A stretch of DNA of 64,000 bases from Clostridia bacterium (GCA_016287565.1 JAEFAM010000001.1:6947-70946), one strand, 5' to 3'; counted from the first letter of the stretch, positions 38,896 through 51,802 are shown. A program made the numbers and translations. The notes: a model not told the origin generated them from the sequence alone.

Positions 38896-39996
38896 ATGAA
38901 ACTGACCTGCAACAGAGATAACCTTATCGAAGGACTTAATATCGTACAGAAAGCCGTTCCTTCAAAATCCACCATAAGCATTCTTGAAGGCATCCTTATC
39001 GAGGTGGGAGAGGAAGTCAGGCTCACCGGAAACGACAACGATTTCGGCATCGTTTACGAAGTTCCCGGAATAATCGAAGAGATAGGCAGCATCGTGGTCA
39101 ATTCAAAAACTTTCGGAGACATCATCCGCAAACTCCCCGACGTTTACGTTTCTCTTGAGACTGACAATTCCGGCAGCATCCTCCTCATTACCAGCGGCAA
39201 GGCCAGCTACAAAATCAAGACCATCGCTCCCGAGAACTATCCTCCGGTCTCCTTCCTTAATACGGATAAAGCCATCGAGCTGAAGGCCGATCTGCTCCAG
39301 TCGATGATCAGAGAGACATCCTTCGCCGCCAGCATCGAGGACAAGCGCATAATCCTCCAGGGCGTGTTCATGGAGCAGCACGACACCGAGATGCGCTGCG
39401 TTGCAATTGACGGATACCGCCTGGCGCTGAAAGTGGCCAATCTCTCCGAATCCAACGAATACGGCGTTATCGTTCCCACCAAGATATTGAACGAACTTGT
39501 CAAATCCGTAAAACCTACCGACGAGACAGTTAAATTCTGCGTCAATGAAAACCAGATCATGTTCTATACCGACACGTTCAGGATGGTGTCGAAGCTCTAT
39601 AAAGGCGACTATATCGACTACCGCAGAATGATCCCGAGAGATTTCAAGACTTCCGTCACCGTGGAGACGAAGCAGCTTCTGAACGCTCTGGAGCGCGCAG
39701 CTCTGGTGATAAACGACGAAAAGCGCTTCCCCATCTCTCTCGCGTTCTCCTCCGGCGAGATAATTACTGTATCGGTGACCACCGAGATCGGCGCCGTGAA
39801 AGAAGAGATAAACGCCCAGATATCCGGAGAAGAATTGACCATCGGATTCAGCGCCAAGAATCTTATCGAGACGCTGAGAGTCATCACCGACGAAAAGATC
39901 GTGTTGTCCCTGTCCTCCCCCGTGAGCCCCTGCATCATCACCGGCGAGAGCGACACGTCCTTCACTTATCTGGTTATGCCCATAAGGACTAAATAA
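38896..39996 (+). CDS. dnaN: DNA polymerase III beta sliding clamp
   Basis: 366 aa, N-terminus MKLTCNRDNLIEGLNIVQKAV, a three-domain clamp, with a GGAGGAG RBS. Confidence 0.97.
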   Translation: MKLTCNRDNLIEGLNIVQKAVPSKSTISILEGILIEVGEEVRLTGNDNDFGIVYEVPGIIEEIGSIVVNSKTFGDIIRKLPDVYVSLETDNSGSILLITSGKASYKIKTIAPENYPPVSFLNTDKAIELKADLLQSMIRETSFAASIEDKRIILQGVFMEQHDTEMRCVAIDGYRLALKVANLSESNEYGVIVPTKILNELVKSVKPTDETVKFCVNENQIMFYTDTFRMVSKLYKGDYIDYRRMIPRDFKTSVTVETKQLLNALERAALVINDEKRFPISLAFSSGEIITVSVTTEIGAVKEEINAQISGEELTIGFSAKNLIETLRVITDEKIVLSLSSPVSPCIITGESDTSFTYLVMPIRTK

Positions 39997-40087
39997 ATAT
40001 AAGGAAAAGGGCAAAGTTATAAATTGTAAAATTTTTGCTGAATAATATAAAAATTTAACAAAAATATATAATAAAAACCGCTGATAT

Positions 40088-41326
40088 ATGTTTGTAGACA
40101 GAATAATCCTCAAAGATTTCCGTAATTATGAGGCGCTGGATATCGGTCTTAAGGACGGGTTCAACGTCTTCTGCGGAAATAACGGTCAGGGCAAGACGAA
40201 CATTTTAGAGGCGGTTTTTTTCTGCGCCATCGGCCGGTCCTTCAGGTACGGCAAAGACGCGGATCTGGTCAGAAACGGCAGTGACGCCTTTCAGATCGGC
40301 CTCTCCATAGGCGACGACGTCACCGACGACATCCGGATCTCGTATAAAAACACCTCCCCTTCCGGAAATTCCGGCGCCGGGGGCAATTACGGCGAGAAAT
40401 CCGTCCGGGTCAACGGCCTCTACCTCCGGAAGCTGGGCCATCTGATGGGCAATCTCCTTTCCGTCATCTTCTCCCCCGAAGACCTGGAGATCGTCAACGA
40501 AGGGCCGTCGGTGCGGAGAAAACTGCTGGACATCGTGATCTCCCAGCTGTCTCCCGACCACTATTTCGACCTCCAGCAGTATTTAAAGACAGTTTCACAG
40601 AAAAACGCGCTCCTTAGAGATTACGACAGGATGGGACAGGGCGCCCGGGAACTGCTTGACGTGTACAACGAACAGGCGGCGGATACCGGGTCGAGGATCA
40701 CTTTCCGCCGCTGGGTATTCAGCCGGGAGCTGGAAAAATACGCCGCCGAAAAGAATCTGTCGATATCCCGGGGAGAGGCGTTGTCCTTTAAATATTATTC
40801 CAATTTCTATACGTTTCCGGAAGAAAACGACCATGAGACCGGAACCGGTAACGAGGACGGAACGGAGCCCGGAGCGGAAGGCCTCCGGGAAACAGGCGCC
40901 GATGCCGCTTCGGCTGAAACGGTCACCGCCGAGACCATAAAAAAAGACTTCCTGCTGCTTCTGAATTCCCGCAGGTCCAAAGAGATCGAGCGGGGCCATT
41001 CCCTTTACGGCCCCCAGTACGACGACCTGCTCATATTCCTCAACGGCACCGATCTCAAACGGTTCGGATCCCAGGGCCAGAAAAGGACCGCGGTCCTGTC
41101 GATAAAGCTTGCCGAGACCGAACTTCTCTACCGCCGCACCGGCAGAAGGCCGGTACTTTTGCTCGATGACGTGTTCTCGGAACTGGACGAAGGAAGGAGC
41201 TCCCTGCTCCTGGATTCCGCAGGCGGATTTCAGACTCTCATAACCACCGCGAACCTCTCCGAACTGCCTCCCGAAGTACGCCGCAGCGCCAAAATCTTTT
41301 TTGTAAAATCAGGCCGCATCAGTTGA
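40088..41326 (+). CDS. recF: DNA replication/repair protein RecF (with ~40-aa low-complexity insertion)
   Basis: Walker A GNNGQGKTNILEAV, signature GSQGQKRT and Walker B LLLDDVFSELD. The insertion is ENDHETGTGNEDGTEPGAEGLRETGADAASAE. Confidence 0.93.
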   Translation: MFVDRIILKDFRNYEALDIGLKDGFNVFCGNNGQGKTNILEAVFFCAIGRSFRYGKDADLVRNGSDAFQIGLSIGDDVTDDIRISYKNTSPSGNSGAGGNYGEKSVRVNGLYLRKLGHLMGNLLSVIFSPEDLEIVNEGPSVRRKLLDIVISQLSPDHYFDLQQYLKTVSQKNALLRDYDRMGQGARELLDVYNEQAADTGSRITFRRWVFSRELEKYAAEKNLSISRGEALSFKYYSNFYTFPEENDHETGTGNEDGTEPGAEGLRETGADAASAETVTAETIKKDFLLLLNSRRSKEIERGHSLYGPQYDDLLIFLNGTDLKRFGSQGQKRTAVLSIKLAETELLYRRTGRRPVLLLDDVFSELDEGRSSLLLDSAGGFQTLITTANLSELPPEVRRSAKIFFVKSGRIS

Positions 41327-41440
41327 TAAAACTTTCAAAAAGTGCTATAATTTTCCCTGTAAGGCGGGGATGCCGTTTTCCGGCATAACCTATACATAAA
41401 AGAGTAAAAATGCCTTAAAAACAAAATCTGAGGGGTTTTT

Positions 41441-43721
<2,281 letters not shown>

Positions 43722-43801
43722 TCTGAAAATAGCAAGAATTATAAATTTTGCAGTATTTGCTCGAAATAAAACGGGTGGGATGTAATATATGCCACTCGTT
43801 T

Positions 43802-43817
43802 TGTTTCACGTGAAACA
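43802..43817. promoter_or_regulatory. parS site (perfect TGTTTCACGTGAAACA)
   Basis: 16-bp perfect palindrome matching the Firmicute parS consensus, about 90 bp upstream of soj. Confidence 0.9.
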
Positions 43818-43848
43818 AAAAAATTGCGGATATTTGTTTCATAAAAAG

Positions 43849-43877
43849 TTGTCTATTTTATCAAAATAGTGTATACT
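43849..43877 (+). promoter_or_regulatory. Candidate soj-spo0J promoter (TTGTCT-17-TATACT)
   Basis: -35 at 43849-43854 and -10 at 43872-43877. Confidence 0.45.
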
Positions 43878-43909
43878 AACACTGCATTTTCTCTAGTGAG
43901 GCGATGACT

Positions 43910-44677
43910 ATGGCTAAAATTGTGGCGATTGCAAATCAGAAAGGCGGCGTGGGCAAGACTACTACCGCTATTAATCTAAGTGCGTGTCTCGCCTACTACA
44001 ACAAAAAGACGCTGCTGATCGACCTGGATCCCCAGGGCAACTCTACCACGGGTCTTGGTATCGACAAGCGCTCCCCTTCCCTTTCGTCCTACGATATGAT
44101 CATCAACGACTCCCCCGTCAAGGACGTTATGCTGCCTACGGTGCAGACCAATCTGTTCCTCTGTCCTGCCAGCATGAATCTCGTGGGAGCCGAAGTGGAG
44201 CTGGTGAGCCAGATCTCCAGGGAGACAAGGCTGGCCGACGCGCTGGAGAAAGTCTCGGGCGACTTCGATTACATAATGATCGACTGTCCTCCGTCGCTGG
44301 GGCTCCTGACGCTGAACGCCCTTACCGCCGCCAACACCGTGCTCGTGCCCATACAGTGCGAGTATTTCGCTCTGGAAGGCCTTTCTCAATTGATGGAGAC
44401 CATAAAGATCGTACAGAGACGGTTAAATCCTGCGCTGGCCGTGGAAGGCGTCGTGCTGACGATGTTCGATTCACGCACGAATCTGTCGATGGAAGTTGCC
44501 GAGGAGGTCAGAAAGCATTTCTCGGACAGAGTCTACCAGACTTTGATACCGCGCAACGTCAAACTCTCGGAGGCGCCCAGCTACGGGCTGCCGATCGTTC
44601 AATATGATATCAATTCCAAGGGCGCCATAGCGTATCTGCAGCTTGCTCAGGAGTTTATCAGAGTTTCGGAAAGATAA
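43910..44677 (+). CDS. soj: ParA-family chromosome partitioning ATPase Soj
   Basis: Deviant Walker A NQKGGVGKTTT. The ATG at 43910 has better RBS spacing than the one at 43904. Confidence 0.93.
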   Translation: MAKIVAIANQKGGVGKTTTAINLSACLAYYNKKTLLIDLDPQGNSTTGLGIDKRSPSLSSYDMIINDSPVKDVMLPTVQTNLFLCPASMNLVGAEVELVSQISRETRLADALEKVSGDFDYIMIDCPPSLGLLTLNALTAANTVLVPIQCEYFALEGLSQLMETIKIVQRRLNPALAVEGVVLTMFDSRTNLSMEVAEEVRKHFSDRVYQTLIPRNVKLSEAPSYGLPIVQYDINSKGAIAYLQLAQEFIRVSER

Positions 44678-44700
44678 TACTATAATCAGGAGGATCTATT

Positions 44701-45576
44701 ATGGCAACGGCGAAACGCAGCGCTCTGGGAAAAGGCTTAAGCGCGTTGATGGAAGAAAATACGATAAATCCGGGGATCACCGAAGTCGATATAATGCGCG
44801 TGGAACCGTCCGGAGACCAGCCAAGGAAGAATTTCGACCAGGAAAAGCTGGAAGATCTGGCGGAATCTATTAAAATACACGGCATGATACAGCCTATAAT
44901 AGTTCGCCAGGAAGGCAGTTCGTACAGGATAATTGCCGGCGAGCGCCGCTGGAGAGCTGCCAGGCTAGCCGGATTAAAGAAAGTTCAGGTGATCATTCGG
45001 GACGCCAACGACCGGCAGATCCACGAACTGGCGTTGATCGAAAATATACAGAGAGAAGATCTGAATCCCATCGAGGAAGCCGAGGCTTACCGTCAATTGA
45101 CCGTTGATTACAAGCTTACGCAGGAAGAACTGGCCGGGATCGTTGGAAAAAAGAGCCGCAGCGAGATCGCCAACAGAATGAGGTTGCTGAATCTGGCGGA
45201 TGAAGTTAAACAGATGCTCATTGAAGGTAAAATTACCGCAGGACAGGCGCGGCCGCTGCTTTCCGTACCAGGCGATATGCAGGTAAAAGTGGCAAAGATC
45301 GTGGCAGAAAAGGGCTTGACGGCGCGCCAGGTAGAAGCATACGTGAAAAAACTTGCCGCAGGAGCCGCCGAAGCCAAAGAACCGGACGATGAGGCTGAAA
45401 CCAAAGAAGAGATAGCCGAAAGGCGCGAAATAGAGGTAATGCAGGGCAGATTGCGCAACGCACTGGGCACAAAAGTCAAGTTTGACGATAATAAAGGCCG
45501 CGGAAAGATAGTTATCGAGTATTATTCCAAAGACGAAAGAGAAAGAATACTCGAATATCTGCTCGGAACGAATTGA
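44701..45576 (+). CDS. spo0J: ParB/Spo0J chromosome partitioning protein
   Basis: AGGAGG RBS, the ParB box IIAGERRWRAARLAG and the HTH region GKKSRSEIANRMRLL. Confidence 0.93.
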   Translation: MATAKRSALGKGLSALMEENTINPGITEVDIMRVEPSGDQPRKNFDQEKLEDLAESIKIHGMIQPIIVRQEGSSYRIIAGERRWRAARLAGLKKVQVIIRDANDRQIHELALIENIQREDLNPIEEAEAYRQLTVDYKLTQEELAGIVGKKSRSEIANRMRLLNLADEVKQMLIEGKITAGQARPLLSVPGDMQVKVAKIVAEKGLTARQVEAYVKKLAAGAAEAKEPDDEAETKEEIAERREIEVMQGRLRNALGTKVKFDDNKGRGKIVIEYYSKDERERILEYLLGTN

Positions 45577-45579
45577 TAA

Positions 45580-45595
45580 TGTTTCACGTGAAACA
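45580..45595. promoter_or_regulatory. parS site (perfect TGTTTCACGTGAAACA)
   Basis: Second identical 16-mer, 4 nt after the spo0J stop. Confidence 0.9.
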
Positions 45596-45609
45596 TTGAG
45601 GTTTTTTGT

Positions 45610-46101
45610 ATGGACAAGGAGCTGCTGATTATAATTGGGGCCATATGCATACTGCTGTTCGCGGTAAGCCTTATCCTTATTATAATATTAGGAAAAAGGC
45701 TGTCGAGATCTGAAAAGACGGTCAAACAGCTCCAGGAAGACCTCAACAGGACGCGAAATACGCTGAATCATCCCAGAATTACCGACGTTACGCTGGAACA
45801 GCAGGAAGTTCTGGACGGATTGACCGCCAAGGTCGACGAACTGGAGAAAAAACAGGAGAATTGCCTGGATATGGTCAACGTCGTCAGATATTTTGCTTCT
45901 GACAAGGACGAGGGCCGCGGAAGTTATTCCGTGGGATTGACCAACGCGAAGAAGGACGGCCTGGTATTGACGGCGCTGATGTACCGCAGCGGCATGAATC
46001 TGTATGTGAAGAAAGTTGAGGAAGGGGTAAGCGATTATCCGTTGTCCAACGAGGAAAAGGAAGCAATTGCCCGGAGCAAGGTCACGAAAGTGATCGGATA
46101 G
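45610..46101 (+). CDS. DUF4446-family membrane-anchored protein
   Basis: N-terminal TM helix, a coiled-coil and a C-terminal LSNEEKEAI motif. It occupies the position after spo0J seen in many Firmicutes. Confidence 0.72.
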   Translation: MDKELLIIIGAICILLFAVSLILIIILGKRLSRSEKTVKQLQEDLNRTRNTLNHPRITDVTLEQQEVLDGLTAKVDELEKKQENCLDMVNVVRYFASDKDEGRGSYSVGLTNAKKDGLVLTALMYRSGMNLYVKKVEEGVSDYPLSNEEKEAIARSKVTKVIG

Positions 46102-46143
46102 GGCGGAAAAATACATAGAATCTGCTTGAAAGGAAGTAAGATT

Positions 46144-47409
46144 ATGTTAGACATTAAGGCGATCCGGGCGAATCCGGACATTTTGATCAAAGCACTTGAA
46201 AAAAGACACTCCAAAGTGGATCTTACGGAGTTTCTTGGCCTGGACAAGAAGAGAAGAGAGCTTATTGCCGAGTCCGAGAGCCTGAAAAGTAAGCAAAACG
46301 AGGCCTCTAAGCTGATTCCCGGCTATAAGAAGGAAGGGAAGGACATTTCTGCGCTGATGGCGGAAATGAAGGAGATCGCCGAGAAAGTAAAGGATCTTGA
46401 CGGTCAGATCAGAGATATCGACAGCTCTATCGAGACGATAATGCTTAATATCCCCAATATTCCCAACGATCTGGTTCCGGAAGGTGAGGACGACAGGTTC
46501 AATCAGGAGATCAGAAAGTACGGAACTCCTACTGAATTTTCGTTTACGCCTAAAGCCCACTGGGATATCGGCGCCGATCTGGGAATTCTCGATCCGGAGA
46601 CGGCAGGGAAGGTCACGGGCACCAGATTTACGTTCTATCGCGGCCTGGGCGCAAGGCTCGAGCGGTCCATCGGCAACTTTATGCTGGATTACCATACGGC
46701 CCACGGCTATACCGAGATATTCCCGCCGTTTATGGTCAACAGAGCCAGCATGACCGGTACGGGCCAGCTTCCCAAGTTCGAAGACGGCGCTTTCAAGATC
46801 GTGGGCACCGATTATTTCATGATCCCCACGGCAGAAGTTCCGGTGACCAACATGCACAGGGACGAGATACTTGACGGTAGCCGGCTGCCCATCAAATATT
46901 GCGCTTACTCCGCATGCTTCAGGCAGGAGGCAGGTTCTGCGGGACGCGACACCAGAGGCCTGGTCAGACAGCATCAGTTCAACAAAGTGGAACTGGTCAA
47001 GTTCACCACGCCTGAGACGTCTTACGAGGAGCTTGAGGAGCTCACCAACGAGGCGGAGCAGATCCTTCAGCAGATCGGGCTTCCGTACCGCGTCGTAAGG
47101 CTCTGCGCCGGCGACCTGGGATTCTCTTCGGCAATGACCTACGACATCGAAGTGTGGATGCCCAGCTACGGCAGATACGTGGAGATCTCTTCCTGCAGCG
47201 ACTTCGAAGCCTTCCAGGCACGCCGCGCCAACATCAGATACAAGAACGGGCCCAAGGACAAAGCTCAGTACGTACATACGCTGAATGGATCAGGTCTTGC
47301 TATTGGAAGAACAACCGCAGCAATTTTGGAGAATTTCCAGCAGGAAGACGGCAGCGTGAAGGTTCCCGAGGTACTTCAGAAGTATATGGGCACCGACGTC
47401 ATACGCTGA
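46144..47409 (+). CDS. serS: Seryl-tRNA synthetase
   Basis: ATG at 46144 after AAGGAAG. It has an N-terminal coiled-coil arm and class II motifs ([30 protein letters not shown]). Confidence 0.96.
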   Translation: MLDIKAIRANPDILIKALEKRHSKVDLTEFLGLDKKRRELIAESESLKSKQNEASKLIPGYKKEGKDISALMAEMKEIAEKVKDLDGQIRDIDSSIETIMLNIPNIPNDLVPEGEDDRFNQEIRKYGTPTEFSFTPKAHWDIGADLGILDPETAGKVTGTRFTFYRGLGARLERSIGNFMLDYHTAHGYTEIFPPFMVNRASMTGTGQLPKFEDGAFKIVGTDYFMIPTAEVPVTNMHRDEILDGSRLPIKYCAYSACFRQEAGSAGRDTRGLVRQHQFNKVELVKFTTPETSYEELEELTNEAEQILQQIGLPYRVVRLCAGDLGFSSAMTYDIEVWMPSYGRYVEISSCSDFEAFQARRANIRYKNGPKDKAQYVHTLNGSGLAIGRTTAAILENFQQEDGSVKVPEVLQKYMGTDVIR

Positions 47410-47460
47410 TCAGACGGATCCCGCGGTAAGTATCTACCAGATCGTTAAAGGAGTCTTGCC

Positions 47461-48204
47461 TTGGCCGAATTTTGGGAAAAGCTGAGAGAAAGATATCAGT
47501 CTGCCCGGGTGGCGGCCTTCAGGAAGAAGGCGGAACGGGACAATATGGCGCAGAACGCGGCAATGGCCATGGAGCATTCTCTATGGCTCATTGCCGGTTT
47601 GGGCAATTTCGGCCCGGAATATGCCGAGACCCGCCACAACTGCGGCTTCAGAGCGCTCGACCGGCTGGCGGAGATTCTTTCAAAGGAGACTGAAGTCTCG
47701 GCTCCGAAGCATAAATTCAAAGGCATCGTTCGGGAGGCCAGATACGGAGACAGCAAATTGCTGCTCCTTTGGCCCATGACGTACATGAACAACAGCGGCC
47801 AGAGCATCGACGAAGCGATGCAATGGTACGGTTTGGACGAGGACCGTCTCATCGTATTGTACGACGACAGCGATATCGATCCGGGAATGATCCGTTTAAG
47901 GGCGAAAGGCAGCGCCGGCTCCCACAACGGCATGAAATCCGTTATTCGGGAGATCGAAACCGACGAATTTGCCCGGATCCGGATCGGTATCGGCAAAAAA
48001 CCTGAAAATTACGATATGGTGGACTTCGTCCTGGGAAAAGTTCCCGAGTCGGACAAGGAAGCGATATCCGATGCGGAGAAAAGAGCCGCAGAGGCGGCGC
48101 TTTCGGTCGTGCTGAACGGCTGCGAAAGGACCATGTCCGCATATAATTCCGCACGCAAGAAAGAAAAACAGGAGCCTGAAGGGGGAGAAGAGACCGAAAC
48201 GTGA
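47461..48204 (+). CDS. pth: Peptidyl-tRNA hydrolase with ~40-aa N-terminal extension and acidic C-tail
   Basis: The core starts at LWLIAGLGNFGPEYAETRHNCGF. The TTG at 47461 lies 7 nt after AAAGGAG (47447-47453). The internal ATGs at 47545, 47563 and 47569 lack a convincing SD. Confidence 0.88.
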   Translation: MAEFWEKLRERYQSARVAAFRKKAERDNMAQNAAMAMEHSLWLIAGLGNFGPEYAETRHNCGFRALDRLAEILSKETEVSAPKHKFKGIVREARYGDSKLLLLWPMTYMNNSGQSIDEAMQWYGLDEDRLIVLYDDSDIDPGMIRLRAKGSAGSHNGMKSVIREIETDEFARIRIGIGKKPENYDMVDFVLGKVPESDKEAISDAEKRAAEAALSVVLNGCERTMSAYNSARKKEKQEPEGGEETET

Positions 48205-51200
48205 TCTTTGAACAGATACTGGATTCGCCGGCGTTTACGCTGTGCGCGGATAGTTTAAATAAGAAAAACGCTAAAGTTGAACTGACGGGGCTGAGCGGGG
48301 CTTCGGCGGCTCACTTTGTTTGCGCTTTTTTGAAAAAAACGGGCCGGAAAGTCGTTGTAATTGAACAAAACGAACTGGCGGCAAGGAAATTCAGGGAAGA
48401 TCTCATCACTTTGGGCGAAATCGACCCGGAAAGAGTGCTCAGGCCGGCTCCGCTGGAATATATGCTCTATGACGTGGAGGCCAGGTCTTCCGACAACGAA
48501 AGCGAGCGCGTGGGGATCCTCTACAAGCTGGCTACCGGAGACTGGGACGCGCTGGTATTGTCCGTTTCCGCGGCGATGCAGCGGCTTCCGGACCAGAAAA
48601 ACATATTAAAATACTCTTTCGAGCTTCATTCCGGGGACCGGGTCGACATAACGGAACTGTCGGACAGGCTTGCCCGCACCGGATTCGTGCGCGTTCCGCA
48701 GGTGGATGGCAGAGGCCAGTTCGCCGTACGTGGAGATATCGTGGATATTTTCCCCGGCAACGCCCCGAATCCTTTCAGGATCGAATTTTTCGACAACGAA
48801 ATAGATACCATAAGGATCTTCAGCACCGAGACCCAGAGAACCGTGGAAAACGTTGACGGACTGCAGGCGCTTCCTTTGAAGGAGACGTATATCTGGGACG
48901 AGGCCCAGGCGCTTGACATACGCACGGACCTTAAAGTGGAGCTTTTCGGGCTGAATCCGGCCTCTACGCAGGCAATTTCTCTTAAAAACGACATAGAAAA
49001 GATCAGGCCCTTCTGTTCTTTCCCCGGTTACGACAAATATCTGCCGTACATTTTGGGAAAAGGGAAGGATTTCCTGGATTATTGCGGCGACGCGGCGCTG
49101 TTCATCAGCGAGCCGGAGGAGGCAATAAGGAACGGTGAGCAGACGCTCTCGGAGTTTATCCGCACGGCAGAGACCGTGAGGCAGAACTCGGGGCTTCCGG
49201 AATTGACAGCCGGACTGATAAAAGAGCCGGAAGAAGCGCTGCGGGCGCTGGAAAACAAGGCGCGCTGCTCGGGAAATATCAGGAAATTTGACGTAATATC
49301 CCGAAAATCCCGGGAAATATTCGTTTTTAACGTGAAAACTCCGGAAATTTCCGGAGACGATCCGGAAAAATTGACGGAATACGTCCGCACGAAGAGCGGG
49401 GACGGGTATCGGGTGATACTTTTAGCGGAATCTACGGGCAGGCAGAAGCTCCTGGAGAATCTATTGGAGGACGGAGGCCTGGCCGGAAGGGCGGAAGTCG
49501 TCGTCGGCAGCGTTTCGGAAAGTTTCGAATATCCGGAGGAGAAATTGTCGGTGATCAGCGGGGGAGGCCTTTTCCGCAGGGCAAGGGCCCACGTGAAACG
49601 GAAGCTGAAAGGGGAGGCCATATCCGCCTTTGCCGAATTGAGCCCCGGAGACCTGGTGGTCCACGATGTGCACGGCATCGGACGCTTCGACGGCATAGAG
49701 GCAATTGCCATCGACGGCGAGAAAAAAGATTACATAAAGATAGTTTACAGGGACAACGGAGTCATTTTCGTCCCGGCGCTCCAGCTGGAGAGCGTGCGGA
49801 AATATATAGGCGGCGACGGCGCGGAGCCGGAACTCAGCAAACTGGGCAGTTCCGAGTGGAAAAGGGCCACCGGAAAGGTCAAAAACAGCCTGAGAGTGTA
49901 CGCCAGGGAGCTGGTGGAGCTTTACGCCAGGCGTTCGCAGCTTACCGGTTACGCGTTCAGCCCGGATACGGAGTGGCAGCGGGAGTTCGAGGCGGATTTC
50001 CCCTACGAAGAGACAGAGGACCAGCTCAGATGCACGGACGAGATCAAGGCGGACATGGAAAAACCGTCGCCCATGGAGCGGCTGCTGTGCGGAGACGTGG
50101 GATACGGCAAGACGGAAGTTGCCCTGAGGGCCGCGTTCAAGGCAGTGGTGGAAGGAAAACAGGTGGCGTTCCTTGTCCCCACCACCATACTCGCCCAGCA
50201 GCACTATAACAATTTTGTAGAAAGATTTAAAAAATACCCGATAAAAATCGATTATTTAAGCAGATTCCGCACGGCAAAAGAGCGAAACGCCCTTGTTGCC
50301 GGCCTTGCCGCCGGGAAGGTGGATATTGTGGTGGGTACCCACGCGCTGATCAACGACAAGATACAGTTTAAGAACCTGGGGCTGGTGGTAATTGACGAGG
50401 AACAGCGGTTCGGCGTGAAGCATAAAGAGAAGCTGAAGAGCAAATATCCCGCGGTGGATATGCTGACGTTGTCCGCCACGCCTATTCCCAGGACGCTCCA
50501 TATGTCTCTCAGCGGGATCCGGGACATTTCCGTCATAGAAGATCCGCCTCAGGACAGGCTGCCGGTGCAGACTTACGTGGCGGAATGGGATCCGGTGATG
50601 GTGAAAAACGCCATCTACAAAGAAATGGCGCGGCACGGCCAGGTGTTTTACCTGTACAACCGCGTCCAGACCATGGATTCGAAGCTTCGGGAGCTGGGAG
50701 AACTGGTGCCGGAGGCCCGGATCGCCGCGGCCCACGGCCAGATGGAGGAGCGGGACCTGGAAAACGTGATGAACGAGTTCTGCAAAGGCGCCTTCGACAT
50801 ACTTTTGTGCACGAATATCATAGAATCGGGCCTGGATATGCCCAACGTGAACACTATTATCGTGGAAAACGGTGAGCGGCTGGGGCTTTCTCAGCTGTAT
50901 CAGATCCGGGGCAGGGTAGGTAGGTCGGTCAGGCAGGCCTACGCGTATATCACTTATCCTGCGGGCAGGGAACTTGGAGAAGTTTCCGAGAAGCGTCTGA
51001 AGGCCATCAGGGAGAACACGGAGTTCGGGTCCGGGTTCAAGATCGCCATGCGGGACCTGGAGATCAGGGGCGCGGGAAGCGTGCTGGGAGAGCAGCAGCA
51101 CGGACAGATCGCCGCAGTGGGGTACGAAACTTATTGCCGGCTTCTGGCGGAGGTGCTGGAAGAGGAGCGCACGGGCAGGCCTAAGGCGGAGAAGGAGATA

Positions 51201-51686
51201 TGCTGCAACGTAGAGATGAACGTGGGAGGGTTTATTGACCCGGAATATATCGGAGACGAGTCGGAAAGGTTCAGGATATACCAGAAGATCGCCAGGGTGG
51301 AACACGAAGAAGACGTGCTGGAGCTTACGGACGAGCTCGTTGACCGGTTCGGAAACGTTCCGGACAATATCGCGGCGCTGATGACAGTTGCCCGCATACG
51401 CCATTACGCGGAGCACGTGGGCTTCACGTCGGTGATCGAAAAAGACCGGAAGGTATTGCTGTACGCGCTGGACAATGAAAGTTCCAATCCGTCGCTGGTC
51501 CGGGAGGGCATTTCCAAGACGGACCCGGATTATCTCAAATTCCACGAAAAATACGCCCGCAGGCTGAGGATCAGCCGCACCAAGGCAGGGGCCATAGTCA
51601 CTTATCTGCAGTCCGAAGGCTCGAAAAAGAGCGAGCTGGCGGACGAGGTGCTGTCGCTGCTGGAAGCCTGGGCGAAGATCTGCTGA
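48201..51686 (+). CDS. mfd: Transcription-repair coupling factor
   Basis: GTG start overlapping the pth stop (GTGA). Motifs: GDVGYGKTEVALRAAF, DEEQRFGV and a TRG-type C-terminus, 1161 aa. Confidence 0.96.
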   Translation: MIFEQILDSPAFTLCADSLNKKNAKVELTGLSGASAAHFVCAFLKKTGRKVVVIEQNELAARKFREDLITLGEIDPERVLRPAPLEYMLYDVEARSSDNESERVGILYKLATGDWDALVLSVSAAMQRLPDQKNILKYSFELHSGDRVDITELSDRLARTGFVRVPQVDGRGQFAVRGDIVDIFPGNAPNPFRIEFFDNEIDTIRIFSTETQRTVENVDGLQALPLKETYIWDEAQALDIRTDLKVELFGLNPASTQAISLKNDIEKIRPFCSFPGYDKYLPYILGKGKDFLDYCGDAALFISEPEEAIRNGEQTLSEFIRTAETVRQNSGLPELTAGLIKEPEEALRALENKARCSGNIRKFDVISRKSREIFVFNVKTPEISGDDPEKLTEYVRTKSGDGYRVILLAESTGRQKLLENLLEDGGLAGRAEVVVGSVSESFEYPEEKLSVISGGGLFRRARAHVKRKLKGEAISAFAELSPGDLVVHDVHGIGRFDGIEAIAIDGEKKDYIKIVYRDNGVIFVPALQLESVRKYIGGDGAEPELSKLGSSEWKRATGKVKNSLRVYARELVELYARRSQLTGYAFSPDTEWQREFEADFPYEETEDQLRCTDEIKADMEKPSPMERLLCGDVGYGKTEVALRAAFKAVVEGKQVAFLVPTTILAQQHYNNFVERFKKYPIKIDYLSRFRTAKERNALVAGLAAGKVDIVVGTHALINDKIQFKNLGLVVIDEEQRFGVKHKEKLKSKYPAVDMLTLSATPIPRTLHMSLSGIRDISVIEDPPQDRLPVQTYVAEWDPVMVKNAIYKEMARHGQVFYLYNRVQTMDSKLRELGELVPEARIAAAHGQMEERDLENVMNEFCKGAFDILLCTNIIESGLDMPNVNTIIVENGERLGLSQLYQIRGRVGRSVRQAYAYITYPAGRELGEVSEKRLKAIRENTEFGSGFKIAMRDLEIRGAGSVLGEQQHGQIAAVGYETYCRLLAEVLEEERTGRPKAEKEICCNVEMNVGGFIDPEYIGDESERFRIYQKIARVEHEEDVLELTDELVDRFGNVPDNIAALMTVARIRHYAEHVGFTSVIEKDRKVLLYALDNESSNPSLVREGISKTDPDYLKFHEKYARRLRISRTKAGAIVTYLQSEGSKKSELADEVLSLLEAWAKIC

Positions 51687-51802
51687 ATAATTGCCGCCCG
51701 CGGCGCGTCAGGCGCGCGTTCCCGGGCGGTTTCTACTTGTTTTTCGGCGCCGCACCGATTATAATGTATCCGTTCCGTATTTTTGTTTAAGGAGGGACAG
51801 AG

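Noticed and set aside
39997-40087. Very AT-rich 91-bp dnaN-recF spacer as a second unwinding element, or a lost yaaA/rlbA gene
   Set aside because: There are no DnaA boxes or trios beside it and it is too short for a gene remnant. It most likely just contains the recF promoter and RBS. The absence of the S4-domain yaaA gene is common outside Bacilli.
46102-46143. T-box leader upstream of serS
   Set aside because: Only ~40 nt separate the DUF4446 stop from the serS start, which is far too short for a T-box riboswitch of about 200 nt.
49584-49599. parS-like half-match CACGTGAAAC inside mfd
   Set aside because: Only the right half matches; the left half (agggcc) does not fit TGTTN. It lies in coding sequence and is probably a chance match.
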